64,000 nucleotides of DNA from NCBI GenBank assembly GCA_963737905.1, contig CAVTUQ010000008.1, positions 1 through 64,000 on the forward strand, in the 5' to 3' direction. A program made the position numbers and the translations under genes. Source of the DNA: an uncultured delta proteobacterium (GTDB lineage Bacteria; Desulfobacterota; Binatia; UBA9968). Positions 51,167 to 62,131 of the stretch are shown in pieces (position 1 is the first letter of the stretch; each line of letters begins with the position of its first letter). The notes under the pieces are model-generated. The model was not told the DNA's origin. It made no database searches and saw only the letters and a program-made list of their open reading frames with translations.

Positions 51167-51651
51167 ACCTGGTTCCGATCAGATCGGTCGGCCGGCTGCA
51201 TATTCAGATCCGGGCTTCCAAGATTCTCTACGCGGTTTGTAGAGAATTTCCAGTATTCCGCCAATTTGTTGTGACTTGAAGATTCTCCATGCAGGGCGTA
51301 GGGAATCTCTGCGCACTAAAAAGCCTGTGGTATTTCAGGGTTTTTGGCCAACCGCAATGTATTCTTCATCATAGTCACCATAACATCGGTGACAGCCTTT
51401 GCGAAACTCCTCGGCCGTAACGGCGCATAGAGCGGCATCTATAAAATCGACGCTTCGAGATTATGGGTAACGTAGCCCGGCTCACCAGAGCGCGCGACGG
51501 AATTTTGCGCTGCCTCTCTCGGCCATTGGCAAACGATTGCGTGGGGAAAGTTCTCGATGCCGATTAAGCTATAATGTCCGCTCCGTCGGGTAAACAGGCG
51601 ACGTTATCTACATCGGCCAATCTTTCACGACTCAATGCAGGCAAGCTGTTT

Positions 51652-51688
51652 TGCTTAGGATTTGGGCACGTTGCGTAAATCCTGAGCA
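51652..51688. promoter_or_regulatory. Tandem TGC-N11-GCA enhancer boxes (NtrC-like)
   Basis: TGCTTAGGATTTGGGCA (51652) and TGCGTAAATCCTGAGCA (51672), 20 bp apart. Confidence 0.7.
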
Positions 51689-51810
51689 CTCGTTTTGAGC
51701 ATTCGAATCACACAAGACCGTCAACAAGCATCAGGCATAGCGATAAAAAACTCATAAAAATAAATGTTTAAGCGTGGAAAAAAGCTAAAAATAATTGTCT
51801 CGATAAGTCA

Positions 51811-51826
51811 CGGCATATGCGTTGCT
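51811..51826 (+). promoter_or_regulatory. sigma54 promoter of PII-amtB operon 1
   Basis: CGGCATATGCGTTGCT, GG-N10-GC. Confidence 0.75.
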
Positions 51827-51835
51827 AAGGGTTAA

Positions 51836-52219
<384 letters not shown>

Positions 52220-52246
52220 CAAAATAAAGATAGAGGAGGACGAATA

Positions 52247-53719
52247 ATGAAACGTGATTTTTGCAAGCGCTTTGGCGGGTTTTTGCTGCCAGGAATTCTC
52301 GCCTTGATTCTGATTCCCGCATTGGCTTACGCGCTGGACGGCAAGATTTTCAATGCCGAAGCCAAGAAATTGGAAGCCGTACCGGAAGCCAAGTTTTGGG
52401 TGGACACGATATGGACGGTCATCACGGCGATGCTGGTCTTTTTCATGCAGGCCGGCTTTGCCATGGTGGAAGGCGGATTCACGCGAGCCAAGAATACGGC
52501 GAATATCATGATGAAAAATTTCATGGACTTCGCCATGGGATCACTCGCCTTTTGGCTGATCGGCTTTGGCATCATGTTCGGCAACGGCAACGCCCTCTTC
52601 GGCACCACGGGATTTTTTGTGACGGCCGGTACCGGCGCGCTTTATGATGCCCTCAACTGGACAAGCGTACCGACTTTGACCGCGTGGTTCTTCCAACTCG
52701 TCTTTGCGGCGACGGCAGCGACTATTGTCTCCGGGGCGATGGCCGAACGAACAAAATTTGTCTCGTATCTGATCTATAGTTTTTTTATTTCTTTAATTTT
52801 CTATCCGATCGTCGGTCACTGGATTTGGGGTGGTGGCTGGCTCGCCAGCATGGGCATGCTCGACTTTGCCGGCTCAACTGTCGTTCACTCGGTGGGAGGA
52901 TGGTTTGCGCTGGTCGGGGCCATCATGTTGGGTCCCAGGTTGGGAAAATACGACAAGTCGGGAAAGCCTCTCGCTATACCTGGCCACAGTCTCTCACTGG
53001 CCACCTTGGGGACTTTCATCTTGTGGTTTGGTTGGTTTGGTTTCAATCCCGGTAGCACCATGGGGGCCGATGTGGAAGCGATCTCGCTCACGGCCACCAA
53101 CACCAATCTCGCGGCGGCGGCAGGCGGAATTTCAGCGATGCTTGTGTCATGGGTCCTGTTTAAAAAGCCTGATCTTTCTATGGCACTTAACGGTGCCCTC
53201 GCTGGTCTCGTGGCCATCACGTGCGCCTGTGCTTTTGTCGATCCGTGGGCATCGATTGTATTCTTTGGTGTCGTCCCCGGGGCCGTCGTCGTGCTGTCCG
53301 TTATAATGTTCGACAAGATCAAAGTTGACGATCCGGTCGGGGCCATTTCCGTACACGGCGTTTGCGGTTCATTGGGAACGCTTCTTCTAGGGTTCTTTCA
53401 TACCAAACTAGGGTTTTTGTACACCGGTGCAACAGACTTCCTGTTCACACAGGCAGTGGGAGTAGCGAGTGTCTTTGCGTTTTGTGTGGTTGGTGCGTTG
53501 CTTCTTTTCGGATCGATCAAAGCTATTGTCGGATTACGTGTTTCGGAAGAAGAAGAAATCGAAGGCCTTGATATCAATGAACACGGCAACATCGCATATC
53601 CGGACTTTGTATCGACGATGTCAGGACTGTCCAGGTCGTTCGCTTCCCCTGCAACCGGAATGGGGCAGCAGGCTGCTCATCCTTCGGCAGTGGTATTGAC
53701 TCAGGAAACGGGCAAATAA
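52247..53719 (+). CDS. amtB: Ammonium transporter
   Basis: FMQAGF, FQLVFAATAATIVSGAMAER, DFAGSTVVH, WFGWFGFN, DDPVGAISVHG. Confidence 0.95.
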   Translation: MKRDFCKRFGGFLLPGILALILIPALAYALDGKIFNAEAKKLEAVPEAKFWVDTIWTVITAMLVFFMQAGFAMVEGGFTRAKNTANIMMKNFMDFAMGSLAFWLIGFGIMFGNGNALFGTTGFFVTAGTGALYDALNWTSVPTLTAWFFQLVFAATAATIVSGAMAERTKFVSYLIYSFFISLIFYPIVGHWIWGGGWLASMGMLDFAGSTVVHSVGGWFALVGAIMLGPRLGKYDKSGKPLAIPGHSLSLATLGTFILWFGWFGFNPGSTMGADVEAISLTATNTNLAAAAGGISAMLVSWVLFKKPDLSMALNGALAGLVAITCACAFVDPWASIVFFGVVPGAVVVLSVIMFDKIKVDDPVGAISVHGVCGSLGTLLLGFFHTKLGFLYTGATDFLFTQAVGVASVFAFCVVGALLLFGSIKAIVGLRVSEEEEIEGLDINEHGNIAYPDFVSTMSGLSRSFASPATGMGQQAAHPSAVVLTQETGK

Positions 53720-53739
53720 TAAAAGAAGAGAGCCGTTTC

Positions 53740-53775
53740 CCGTCGGCTGGCTCCATAATCGGAGCCAGCCGACGG
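53740..53775. terminator. 15-bp perfect hairpin after amtB1 (terminator or 3' stabiliser)
   Basis: CCGTCGGCTGGCTCC-ATAATC-GGAGCCAGCCGACGG; no clear U-tract. Confidence 0.5.
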
Positions 53776-54195
53776 AAGGAAAGCCTACCCAGAGTTCTTT
53801 GCAATGATGATTCAGTGCCGGCCCAGTTTGGTTTCCCGTCTCAAAGGCGTCGTTTCTTAGGCACGATTGCTTCTCCTTCAAATCGCGGCGACTGCCGAAT
53901 CTCCAGTGGGCAATCATGCCGCGGTCGGCGATTCTAAAGTGCGGCAAAGTGCGCTTAACTCGTTGGCAGCTCATGCCAAGGGCGTGAAATCGCGCAATTT
54001 GATTATCCGTTCTAAATCGGCTAAACCGTCGATCGGACTCGCGACAGGTTTGCGCCGCGATTACCGGAGTTCGATGTGAAAATCCGGTTTATTGATTGAT
54101 CGAATTCGGCACCAAATCTTCTTGAGCGGTTACAGTGGCTCAGATCGTAAATCGATCGAAGACGCGATTGTCGCGAACGGTTAGAGCGAGCTTAC

Positions 54196-55758
54196 ATGAA
54201 GCCTTCGATTACGATCAAAAAGCGCCGGTTGGCGCCCGGACCATCAGGCGAGTATGATGCCTCGTTTAAAGAGTACGTCATCGCGATCGTTCTCCCTTTG
54301 CTCGTAACCGCTGGGTCATTGGTTCTCGAGTCGGTCGCCGGCCACAGCGCGGTTCCTTCCCTGTATCTCCTGTTGGTCGTTGTTCTCGGACTTAGATTGA
54401 GTCGAGGTCCGGTATTAGTCGCGGCCGTGAGCAGCGCGCTGGCGTGGTATACGGTGTTCATCCCACCGCGTTTTGCTTTTCATATCGGCACTCTCGAGGA
54501 GATGCTGATCTTTAGCACCTTCTTCGCGGTGGCGATGGCGATGGGACACTTGACGAGCCGGCTACGTTTGAGCGAGATGGGCGAACGAAGGCGACAGCAG
54601 CGTACGGCCGCGCTTTACCAGCTTGTGCATCAAGCGGGCCTGGCACCCGATCTTAACAGCGGACTCAGCGCGGCGATCAGGCTCATCGAGACGCTCTTCG
54701 ATGTGCGCGCCGCCCTTTTACTGCGTCGCTCAGATCATACACTGGCTGCGGAAACGCATACGGCCAGTTCTTTTGCACTTTGCGAAAGGGAATACAGCGC
54801 GGCAATATGGGCCTTCAGCCATGGGACGCCGGCAGGAAAGTTTACCGACACCTTTCGGGATTCGGAGGCCCTGCATCTACCGCTTCAAGCGGGCACCACT
54901 GCTGTGGGCATCCTGTCAATCCTTCCCTCTCCTGGAACAAATCTCGATCTTCCAGAAAGGGAGTTGCTGGAAACATTCGCCGTGCTCATCGGGACAATCC
55001 TGGAGAAAGACCATCTGCTCCAAGACCTCAAGCACGCGGAAATCCTTGAGGCCTCGGAGCGCCTGCACCGCGCGCTTCTGCAAAGCGTTTCGCACGAGCT
55101 CAAGACTCCTTTATCGGCGATCCAAACCGGCATTGACGCTCTCGGGAAGCAAGTGGGCAGCGGCGAAGAACGACGACAGATGACCCTTCGGGAGATCCAG
55201 CAGGCGCTGCGGCGCCTTCACCGCGTAATCAACAATTTGCTGAATATGACCCGCATCGAATCAGACGTGATTTATCCAAAGTTGGACTGGTGCGAAGTTG
55301 GCGAACTTATTCAAGCTGCCATCGATCTCGCTGCCGACGGCATCGGCGATGATCCGATCGTAGTGGAAATAGACGGAGATCTGCCGATGGTCCGGGTGGA
55401 TCAACCCCTCCTGGAACAATGTCTCTGCAATCTTTTGCTTAACGCCGCTTCCAATAGCCAACCGAGAACAAAGGTAATTATTCGCGCGGGAGTCGCCGAT
55501 AACCGGTTGATCCTCTCGGTGCTCGACGAGGGCAAAGGAATCCCTGAGTCGGATTTGCCGCGCATCTTTGAAACCTTTCACCGTGGAGTAGAGGCCCCTC
55601 CCGGTGGCACCGGGCTCGGCCTTGCAATCGTGGACGGCTTCGTGCGGGCGCACGGTGGAAGTGTGGCCGCAACTAATAGACAGCCGCGGGGGGCAGAATT
55701 CGTGATAACGATTCCGGTTGAGACTCTGCGATTGGATGCACTGGAGAGCTTGGCGTGA
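54196..55758 (+). CDS. KdpD-like sensor kinase lacking the N-terminal KdpD/Usp domains
   Basis: DUF4118-like TMs (FIPPRFAF), GAF-like region, SVSHELKTPL, NLLLNA, GGTGLGLAIV. Confidence 0.88.
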   Translation: MKPSITIKKRRLAPGPSGEYDASFKEYVIAIVLPLLVTAGSLVLESVAGHSAVPSLYLLLVVVLGLRLSRGPVLVAAVSSALAWYTVFIPPRFAFHIGTLEEMLIFSTFFAVAMAMGHLTSRLRLSEMGERRRQQRTAALYQLVHQAGLAPDLNSGLSAAIRLIETLFDVRAALLLRRSDHTLAAETHTASSFALCEREYSAAIWAFSHGTPAGKFTDTFRDSEALHLPLQAGTTAVGILSILPSPGTNLDLPERELLETFAVLIGTILEKDHLLQDLKHAEILEASERLHRALLQSVSHELKTPLSAIQTGIDALGKQVGSGEERRQMTLREIQQALRRLHRVINNLLNMTRIESDVIYPKLDWCEVGELIQAAIDLAADGIGDDPIVVEIDGDLPMVRVDQPLLEQCLCNLLLNAASNSQPRTKVIIRAGVADNRLILSVLDEGKGIPESDLPRIFETFHRGVEAPPGGTGLGLAIVDGFVRAHGGSVAATNRQPRGAEFVITIPVETLRLDALESLA

Positions 55759-56459
55759 ACGAAAAGGCAACCGCACTGATCATAGACGACGAGCCGCAGA
55801 TTCGCAGGCTGCTCCGCATTGTTCTGGAGCAAGAGCATTACCGTGCGCTGGAATCCGATAGCGGCCGCCACGGCCTTTCTGAGGTAGCGCTTCGTAGACC
55901 GGATGTCGTGCTATTGGATTTGGGGTTGCCGGACATGGACGGGTTGGAGGTGCTTAAACGGGTGCGCCAGTGGAGCCAGGTACCGGTGCTGATTCTCTCC
56001 GTAAAAGACAGCCCGGAGGATAAAGTTGCCGCTTTAGACGCCGGGGCGGACGACTATGTGACCAAGCCCTTCGAAGCCACCGAACTTCTAGCGCGGCTGC
56101 GGGCGATCCAACGGCGCGCTCCTGCCGGTACCGAGAACGCCCACTTCGAAGCTGGCCATCTCGCCATCGACTTCAGCAGTCACACTGTGACGGTCGAGGG
56201 CCGGGAGGTCAAACTGACTGCGACCGAGTATGCGTTGCTAAAGCTGCTGGCGCTGCACGCCGGAAAAGTTGTTACCCACAAGCAGCTGCTACGTGAGGTG
56301 TGGGGACCAAACGCGGAAGAGCAGTCGCAATATTTACGAGTTTATATGATGCATCTACGCAAGAAGATCGAAATTTCCGCAGGACCCGAAAGACTCTTAA
56401 GAACGGAAAGCGGGATCGGTTATCGTCTTGTAGCTCCACCGCACACGCCTCAGGGCTGA
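55755..56459 (+). CDS. KdpE-like OmpR-family response regulator
   Basis: LDLGLPDMDG, ALDAGADDYVTKPF, QLLREVWG, YLRVYM..LRKK.E, TESGIGYR. Confidence 0.9.
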   Translation: MNEKATALIIDDEPQIRRLLRIVLEQEHYRALESDSGRHGLSEVALRRPDVVLLDLGLPDMDGLEVLKRVRQWSQVPVLILSVKDSPEDKVAALDAGADDYVTKPFEATELLARLRAIQRRAPAGTENAHFEAGHLAIDFSSHTVTVEGREVKLTATEYALLKLLALHAGKVVTHKQLLREVWGPNAEEQSQYLRVYMMHLRKKIEISAGPERLLRTESGIGYRLVAPPHTPQG

Positions 56460-56589
56460 AGAGCTAAGCCGCTATTGTAGTGCCCCTAAGGCTTCTTTGC
56501 GTATAAATGCTTCGAGAGGGGCGGGCCTTCAGTCACATAGATAACTCTCCTGATTGGTTATTTCACGAACCTTTTCGGTGAGGTTTTGC

Positions 56590-56626
56590 TGCTTAGGATT
56601 TGCGCAGCTTGCTTAAAGCGTGGGCA
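56590..56626. promoter_or_regulatory. Tandem TGC-N11-GCA enhancer boxes
   Basis: TGCTTAGGATTTGCGCA (56590) and TGCTTAAAGCGTGGGCA (56610), 20 bp apart. Confidence 0.7.
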
Positions 56627-56759
56627 ATTCATTTTGAACTGTCTGATGTTGTCCAAGGGGTATTAGCGCAAGTGATGTCATAAAAAATTAATAAAAATTT
56701 ACTTTACTAAAATTAAATAAAAATAAAAATTACTTGTCACCGCTGATATTAACCTACTA

Positions 56760-56775
56760 TGGTATATCTGTTGCT
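56760..56775 (+). promoter_or_regulatory. sigma54 promoter of PII-amtB operon 2
   Basis: TGGTATATCTGTTGCT; AT-rich tract between enhancer and promoter. Confidence 0.72.
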
Positions 56776-56983
56776 TGCTCAGCGACGAAATTTTCATCCA
56801 CCAATCGGTCAACGACCGGCTCAATCATTAAGCAACTCAGCATGAGTGCGCGGATCACGTTTTTTTGCGTGATCTGAAAAAAATCCTCAATCATTTCCAG
56901 CTTTATTATCCCGCGTCCCGCGACGAGCGATGGTGGCATCGCGCTTGCTCCTAGCAGCGCAAGGGTTGGCCGGTTCGCCGTAG

Positions 56984-57352
<369 letters not shown>

Positions 57353-57381
57353 GAGAACAGACTAGGAAAAGGGGAGGAAAA

Positions 57382-59145
57382 ATGGAACGAGGAAAATATA
57401 GGACTATCTTTGCGTCCTTGGTCGGAGGGCTTTGGATGTTATTGTTTATGGGGTTTTCATTTGCTGCCGAGGAAGCTCCGCCACCGGCGGGTGGAGAACC
57501 GCCAAAAGCCGAGGCTCCAGCGGCTGCACCCGCGGTGCCCGCGCCAAAGCTGCCGCCGTATTTTACGGCCACGAGCCCGGACCCCAAGACGACGTTGTGG
57601 CCGGATCCGACAGGTGCAAACTCCGGTGTCTGGGCGGCGCCGGCCGGAGACGGCAAAGGAGATCTCCCGGAGAAGCTGTCCGTTCAAGACGTCTACGACC
57701 GGATGGCGCACAACCTGTTCGCGATCAATTTTGTCTGGGCGCTTGTCACCGGCTTTCTCGTCATGTTTATGCAGGCGGGCTTTATGATGGTCGAGACCGG
57801 TCTATGTCGCGCGAAGAACAGCTCCCACACCGCAGCGATGAATCTGATGATTTACCCACTAGGTGGACTCGGGTTTTGGATCTATGGCTTTGCGATCGGC
57901 TGGGGCAACTGGTGGAACGGACCGGTGCCCCCAGGTTGGTTTGCCTCTCTCGGTCCCGGTCTGTCGATGTTGAATGGCGGTTGGGGGTTGGGTGCGGCGG
58001 TGGACGCTGCCGGGAAAGCTACGGGGGCATTCACGTATGGCATCATTGGAACGACGGGTTGGTTTCTCACGGGCGTCGCCAATGACGTTGCCGTCATGGT
58101 GCTTTTCTTTTTTATGATGGTCTTCATGGATACGACGGCGACGATTCCCACTGGAGCGATGGCCGAGCGCTGGTCATGGAAGAATTTCCTTCTCTACGGC
58201 TTTTGGGTAGCACTTCCCTATTGTATCTATGCGAATTGGCTCTGGGGTGGCGGTTGGCTAGCGCAAGGTGGCATCAATTGGGGTCTTGGGCATGGAGCGG
58301 TGGACTTTGCCGGTTCGGGTGTTGTTCACGCGATGGGGGGGATCATTGGGCTGGCTGGCGCGATGGTCATCGGTCCCCGTATTGGCAAATACGATTCGCA
58401 AGGCCGGCCGAAGGCCATGCCTGGCCATAGCGTACCGATGGTTGTAGCAGGTACCTTTATCCTAGCTTTTGGCTGGTTTGGGTTTAACCCGGGTTCTACC
58501 CTTGCCGGTACAGATCTACGCATCAGCTTCATCGTGGTGAACACGATGCTCGCCAGCTTTACCGGATCTCTCTTCGCTATGTTTACGCTCATGGCCAAGG
58601 GGCTCAAGCCAGATACGACAATGATGTGCAACGGTATGCTCGCGGGGCTCGTGGCAATCACCGCGCCTTGTGCATTCGTCAATCCCGTGGGGGCGGTGAT
58701 CATCGGTGCAGTTGCCGGTATCCTTGTCGTGCTCAGTGTTTTCTTCTTCGAAGCGCGTGGCATTGACGATCCGGTCGGCGCCATCTCCGTGCACGGTACA
58801 AACGGTCTCTGGGGCGTGTTGTCCGTAGGTATTTTTGCGACCGGCGAGTACGGCGCAGGCTGGAATAGCGTGGTGCGCGACGAGATGGTGAAGGTCTATG
58901 GTTCAGACGGCGTCCGCGGTCTCCTATACGGTGATTTCTCCCAGTTCATAATGCAGATCATAGACTGCGCGGTCGTTGCGGTGTTTGGCTTTGTCATGGC
59001 CTACATCTGGTTCAAAATCAGCGACCTGATTACGCCGATCCGCGTCAGCGTAGAAACCGAGACGGAGGGGCTCGACGGCCCAGAGATGGGCGTCCTCGGT
59101 TACCCGGACTTCCAGCTCCATCAGGGATCGAGGATTGTGGAATAG
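57382..59145 (+). CDS. amtB: Ammonium transporter with long N-terminal extension
   Basis: FMQAGF, DFAGSGVVH, FGWFGFN, DDPVGAISVHG; signal peptide plus Pro/Ala-rich extension. Confidence 0.93.
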   Translation: MERGKYRTIFASLVGGLWMLLFMGFSFAAEEAPPPAGGEPPKAEAPAAAPAVPAPKLPPYFTATSPDPKTTLWPDPTGANSGVWAAPAGDGKGDLPEKLSVQDVYDRMAHNLFAINFVWALVTGFLVMFMQAGFMMVETGLCRAKNSSHTAAMNLMIYPLGGLGFWIYGFAIGWGNWWNGPVPPGWFASLGPGLSMLNGGWGLGAAVDAAGKATGAFTYGIIGTTGWFLTGVANDVAVMVLFFFMMVFMDTTATIPTGAMAERWSWKNFLLYGFWVALPYCIYANWLWGGGWLAQGGINWGLGHGAVDFAGSGVVHAMGGIIGLAGAMVIGPRIGKYDSQGRPKAMPGHSVPMVVAGTFILAFGWFGFNPGSTLAGTDLRISFIVVNTMLASFTGSLFAMFTLMAKGLKPDTTMMCNGMLAGLVAITAPCAFVNPVGAVIIGAVAGILVVLSVFFFEARGIDDPVGAISVHGTNGLWGVLSVGIFATGEYGAGWNSVVRDEMVKVYGSDGVRGLLYGDFSQFIMQIIDCAVVAVFGFVMAYIWFKISDLITPIRVSVETETEGLDGPEMGVLGYPDFQLHQGSRIVE

Positions 59146-59250
59146 CAACGCCGAGAGCCGCGTTTCGCCCAAAATACGACTCTCACTGGTCCGTTGCATG
59201 ACAGCGAATTTTCCGATTCGGCTGAAACAATCTACTCGTGTTCATTTCGT

Positions 59251-59287
59251 TGGCTAGCATTTGGGCATGACGCTTAGTGTTTGGGCA
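59251..59287. promoter_or_regulatory. Tandem degenerate TGC-N11-GCA enhancer boxes
   Basis: TGGCTAGCATTTGGGCA (59251) and CGCTTAGTGTTTGGGCA (59271), 20 bp apart. Confidence 0.65.
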
Positions 59288-59380
59288 GTTTTCATGTGAA
59301 TCATCATCCCAGCACGTTCTCTACGACAGGAAAGTGGTGATTTTCAATAAGAAAAAGATTTGCTGATCCATGAAAGGCTG

Positions 59381-59396
59381 TGGCATGCGAGTTGCT
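59381..59396 (+). promoter_or_regulatory. sigma54 promoter of the glnB-glnA operon
   Basis: TGGCATGCGAGTTGCT. Confidence 0.78.
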
Positions 59397-59468
59397 GATT
59401 CAGGACTTATTTTCTCGAGAAAAGTTTCAGTCGAAAGTCTTCGCTCCCGGCTTCCATTTTTAGATTAA

Positions 59469-59825
<357 letters not shown>

Positions 59826-59941
59826 AACGACATCATGAGATCGATGGATATCTGGCAAGAAACAATGACCTAGAATCCTTGGCAGGCAAGGGACGAACAA
59901 CATTCCCAACGAGCAATAGTCAATTAGGAGGCAAATGTAAC

Positions 59942-61357
59942 ATGGCAGCCAAAGACGTACTGGAGCTAGTCAAGAAGAACAAAATAGAATTTGTGGATTT
60001 CAAATTTGTGGACGTGCCCGGGTTATGGCAGCACTTTTCGATTCCGGCGGCAGAGTTGACGGCGGACTTATTTGAAGACGGGATTGGCTTTGACGGCTCC
60101 AGCATACGGGGATTTCAGTCGATCAACGAGTCCGACATGCTCCTTATCCCCGACCCCGACAGCGCCATGATGGACCCGTTCACCGAGCATGTGACGTTGA
60201 GCTTAACCTGCAACGTCATCGACGCCGTGACCCGAGAGTCCTACAGTAGAGATCCCCGTTACGTAGCCCAAAAAGCGGAGAAATACCTAAAATCGACAGG
60301 AATAGCCGACATAAGTTACTGGGGGCCCGAGATCGAGTTCTTCATCTTTGACAACATTAGATTCAACCAAAGCACCAACGAAGGGTATTACTTTATCGAC
60401 TCCGAAGAAGCGTTTTGGAACTCGGGGAGCAATGACAAACAGAACCTGGGCTACAAGATCCGCTATAAAGAAGGCTATTTCCCCGTGCCACCCATGGACC
60501 AATACCAGGATCTGCGCTCCGAGATGGTCAAGAACCTAGAGAAATGCGGCATCAAGGTCGAGGTGCACCATCACGAAGTGGCCACCGGGGGACAGACCGA
60601 AATCGACATGCGCTATGGGACGCTCACGCGGATGGCCGACCAGGTTTTGCTGTACAAGTACGTGGTCAAGAACACCGCTCGAAAGCGCGGCAAAGTGGTC
60701 ACCGTGATGCCCAAGCCCCTATTCCAAGACAACGGTTCCGGCATGCACGTCCACCAGAGTCTGTGGAAGGCCGGCAAGAACATCTTCTACGACAAGAAGG
60801 GTTATGGATTAATCAGCGAGACCGCCAGATACTATATTGGCGGCTTAATTAAACATGCCCACGCGCTGTGCGGCTTTATCGCGCCGACAACCAACTCCTA
60901 CCGAAGGCTGGTTCCCGGCTACGAAGCGCCGATCAACCTTGTCTATTCAGCCCGTAACCGAAGTGCCTGTGTTCGAATCCCCATGTACTCGACCAGCGAG
61001 AAGGCCAAGCGGCTCGAATTCCGTACTCCTGATCCGAGCTGCAATCCTTATTTTGCCTTTCCGGCGATGCTGATGGCGGGCCTCGATGGGATACGAAACA
61101 AGATCGAGCCGCCCAAGCCCATCGACAAAGACTTATATGATCTGGAGCCGGAAGAGGCTGCCAAGATCAAATCGATGCCCGGGTCCTTGGATCAAGCCCT
61201 GGATGCGCTTGAGAAAGACCATGAATTCCTACTTCGAGGGGATGTGTTTACCAAGGATGTGATTGAGACCTGGCTTGACTACAAGCGTAAGAAGGAGGTC
61301 GATGCCATCCGGCTCAGACCCCATCCCCATGAATTCGCCCTGTACTTCGATATCTAA
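59942..61357 (+). CDS. glnA: Glutamine synthetase type I
   Basis: FDGSSIRG, HHHEVA, MPKP..DNGSGMHVH, NSYRRLVPGYEAP, RNRSA, adenylylation-site DLYDL; RBS AGGAGG. Confidence 0.96.
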   Translation: MAAKDVLELVKKNKIEFVDFKFVDVPGLWQHFSIPAAELTADLFEDGIGFDGSSIRGFQSINESDMLLIPDPDSAMMDPFTEHVTLSLTCNVIDAVTRESYSRDPRYVAQKAEKYLKSTGIADISYWGPEIEFFIFDNIRFNQSTNEGYYFIDSEEAFWNSGSNDKQNLGYKIRYKEGYFPVPPMDQYQDLRSEMVKNLEKCGIKVEVHHHEVATGGQTEIDMRYGTLTRMADQVLLYKYVVKNTARKRGKVVTVMPKPLFQDNGSGMHVHQSLWKAGKNIFYDKKGYGLISETARYYIGGLIKHAHALCGFIAPTTNSYRRLVPGYEAPINLVYSARNRSACVRIPMYSTSEKAKRLEFRTPDPSCNPYFAFPAMLMAGLDGIRNKIEPPKPIDKDLYDLEPEEAAKIKSMPGSLDQALDALEKDHEFLLRGDVFTKDVIETWLDYKRKKEVDAIRLRPHPHEFALYFDI

Positions 61358-61384
61358 ACCACACGCTAACGGACAGGGGGCCCG

Positions 61385-62131
61385 ATGGACGAGGTCCTAG
61401 TTTTTCAGCACGACCCGTTTGAGGGTCTGGGTTTTTTTGCGGAGGTATTGGAAAAGCAGGGAGCGAGTTTTCGAACGATCCGGCTTTTTCATGGCGAGGT
61501 GCCTGCCGAGGATTGGGAGGAAACCAGCGCTCTCATCATTCTTGGTGGGCCGATGAGCGTGTCTGACGAGGAACAATATCCGTTCCTTCGTTGGGAAAAG
61601 ACGATTATCCGCGCGGCCATAGACGACGCAGTGCCCCTCTTGGGAGTCTGTTTGGGTGCGCAGCTTATCGCGGCCGCTCTTGGTGCGGAGGTTCATCACG
61701 GACCGGTGAAAGAAATCGGTTGGTATCCGATTTCAATCACACCGCATGGGCAGGTGGATTCATCGCTTGGGTACCTTCCCGAAAACGCGGTGGTGTTTCA
61801 ATGGCACGGCGACGGTTTTGGTATGCCTGCCGGCGCGCAACGCTTAGCGTCGTCCACCTATTATGAAAATCAGGCGTTTCGCCTGGGCAAAAACATCTAT
61901 GGTCTCCAGTTCCATCTTGAGATGACGTCGGAAATGATTGAGCGATGGATCGATGAACGTTCCAAAGACCTCGCCCAGGTTCCTTACATTCATCCGGACA
62001 AAATAGTCAGTGATACCCAAAACTACCTGCCCACCTTGAAATATTACGCGGAAAAGTTTCTGTCAGAATTCATCCGTCGCGCGACCAAACCGAAAAACAT
62101 AAGAACAAAAAAAGGCCACGCAAAAGTATGA
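61385..62131 (+). CDS. Class I glutamine amidotransferase-like protein
   Basis: LGGPMSV, GVCLGAQ (Cys), FQWHGD, QFHLE (His-Glu). Confidence 0.9.
   Translation: MDEVLVFQHDPFEGLGFFAEVLEKQGASFRTIRLFHGEVPAEDWEETSALIILGGPMSVSDEEQYPFLRWEKTIIRAAIDDAVPLLGVCLGAQLIAAALGAEVHHGPVKEIGWYPISITPHGQVDSSLGYLPENAVVFQWHGDGFGMPAGAQRLASSTYYENQAFRLGKNIYGLQFHLEMTSEMIERWIDERSKDLAQVPYIHPDKIVSDTQNYLPTLKYYAEKFLSEFIRRATKPKNIRTKKGHAKV

Noticed and set aside
51220-51309. Mini-CRISPR reading of the twin palindromes
   Set aside because: Only two repeats, 23/31 identical, and no cas genes.
59826-59941. Glutamine riboswitch or ANTAR site before glnA
   Set aside because: Only short hairpins; no A1/G4 dual hexaloops, terminator or recognisable aptamer.
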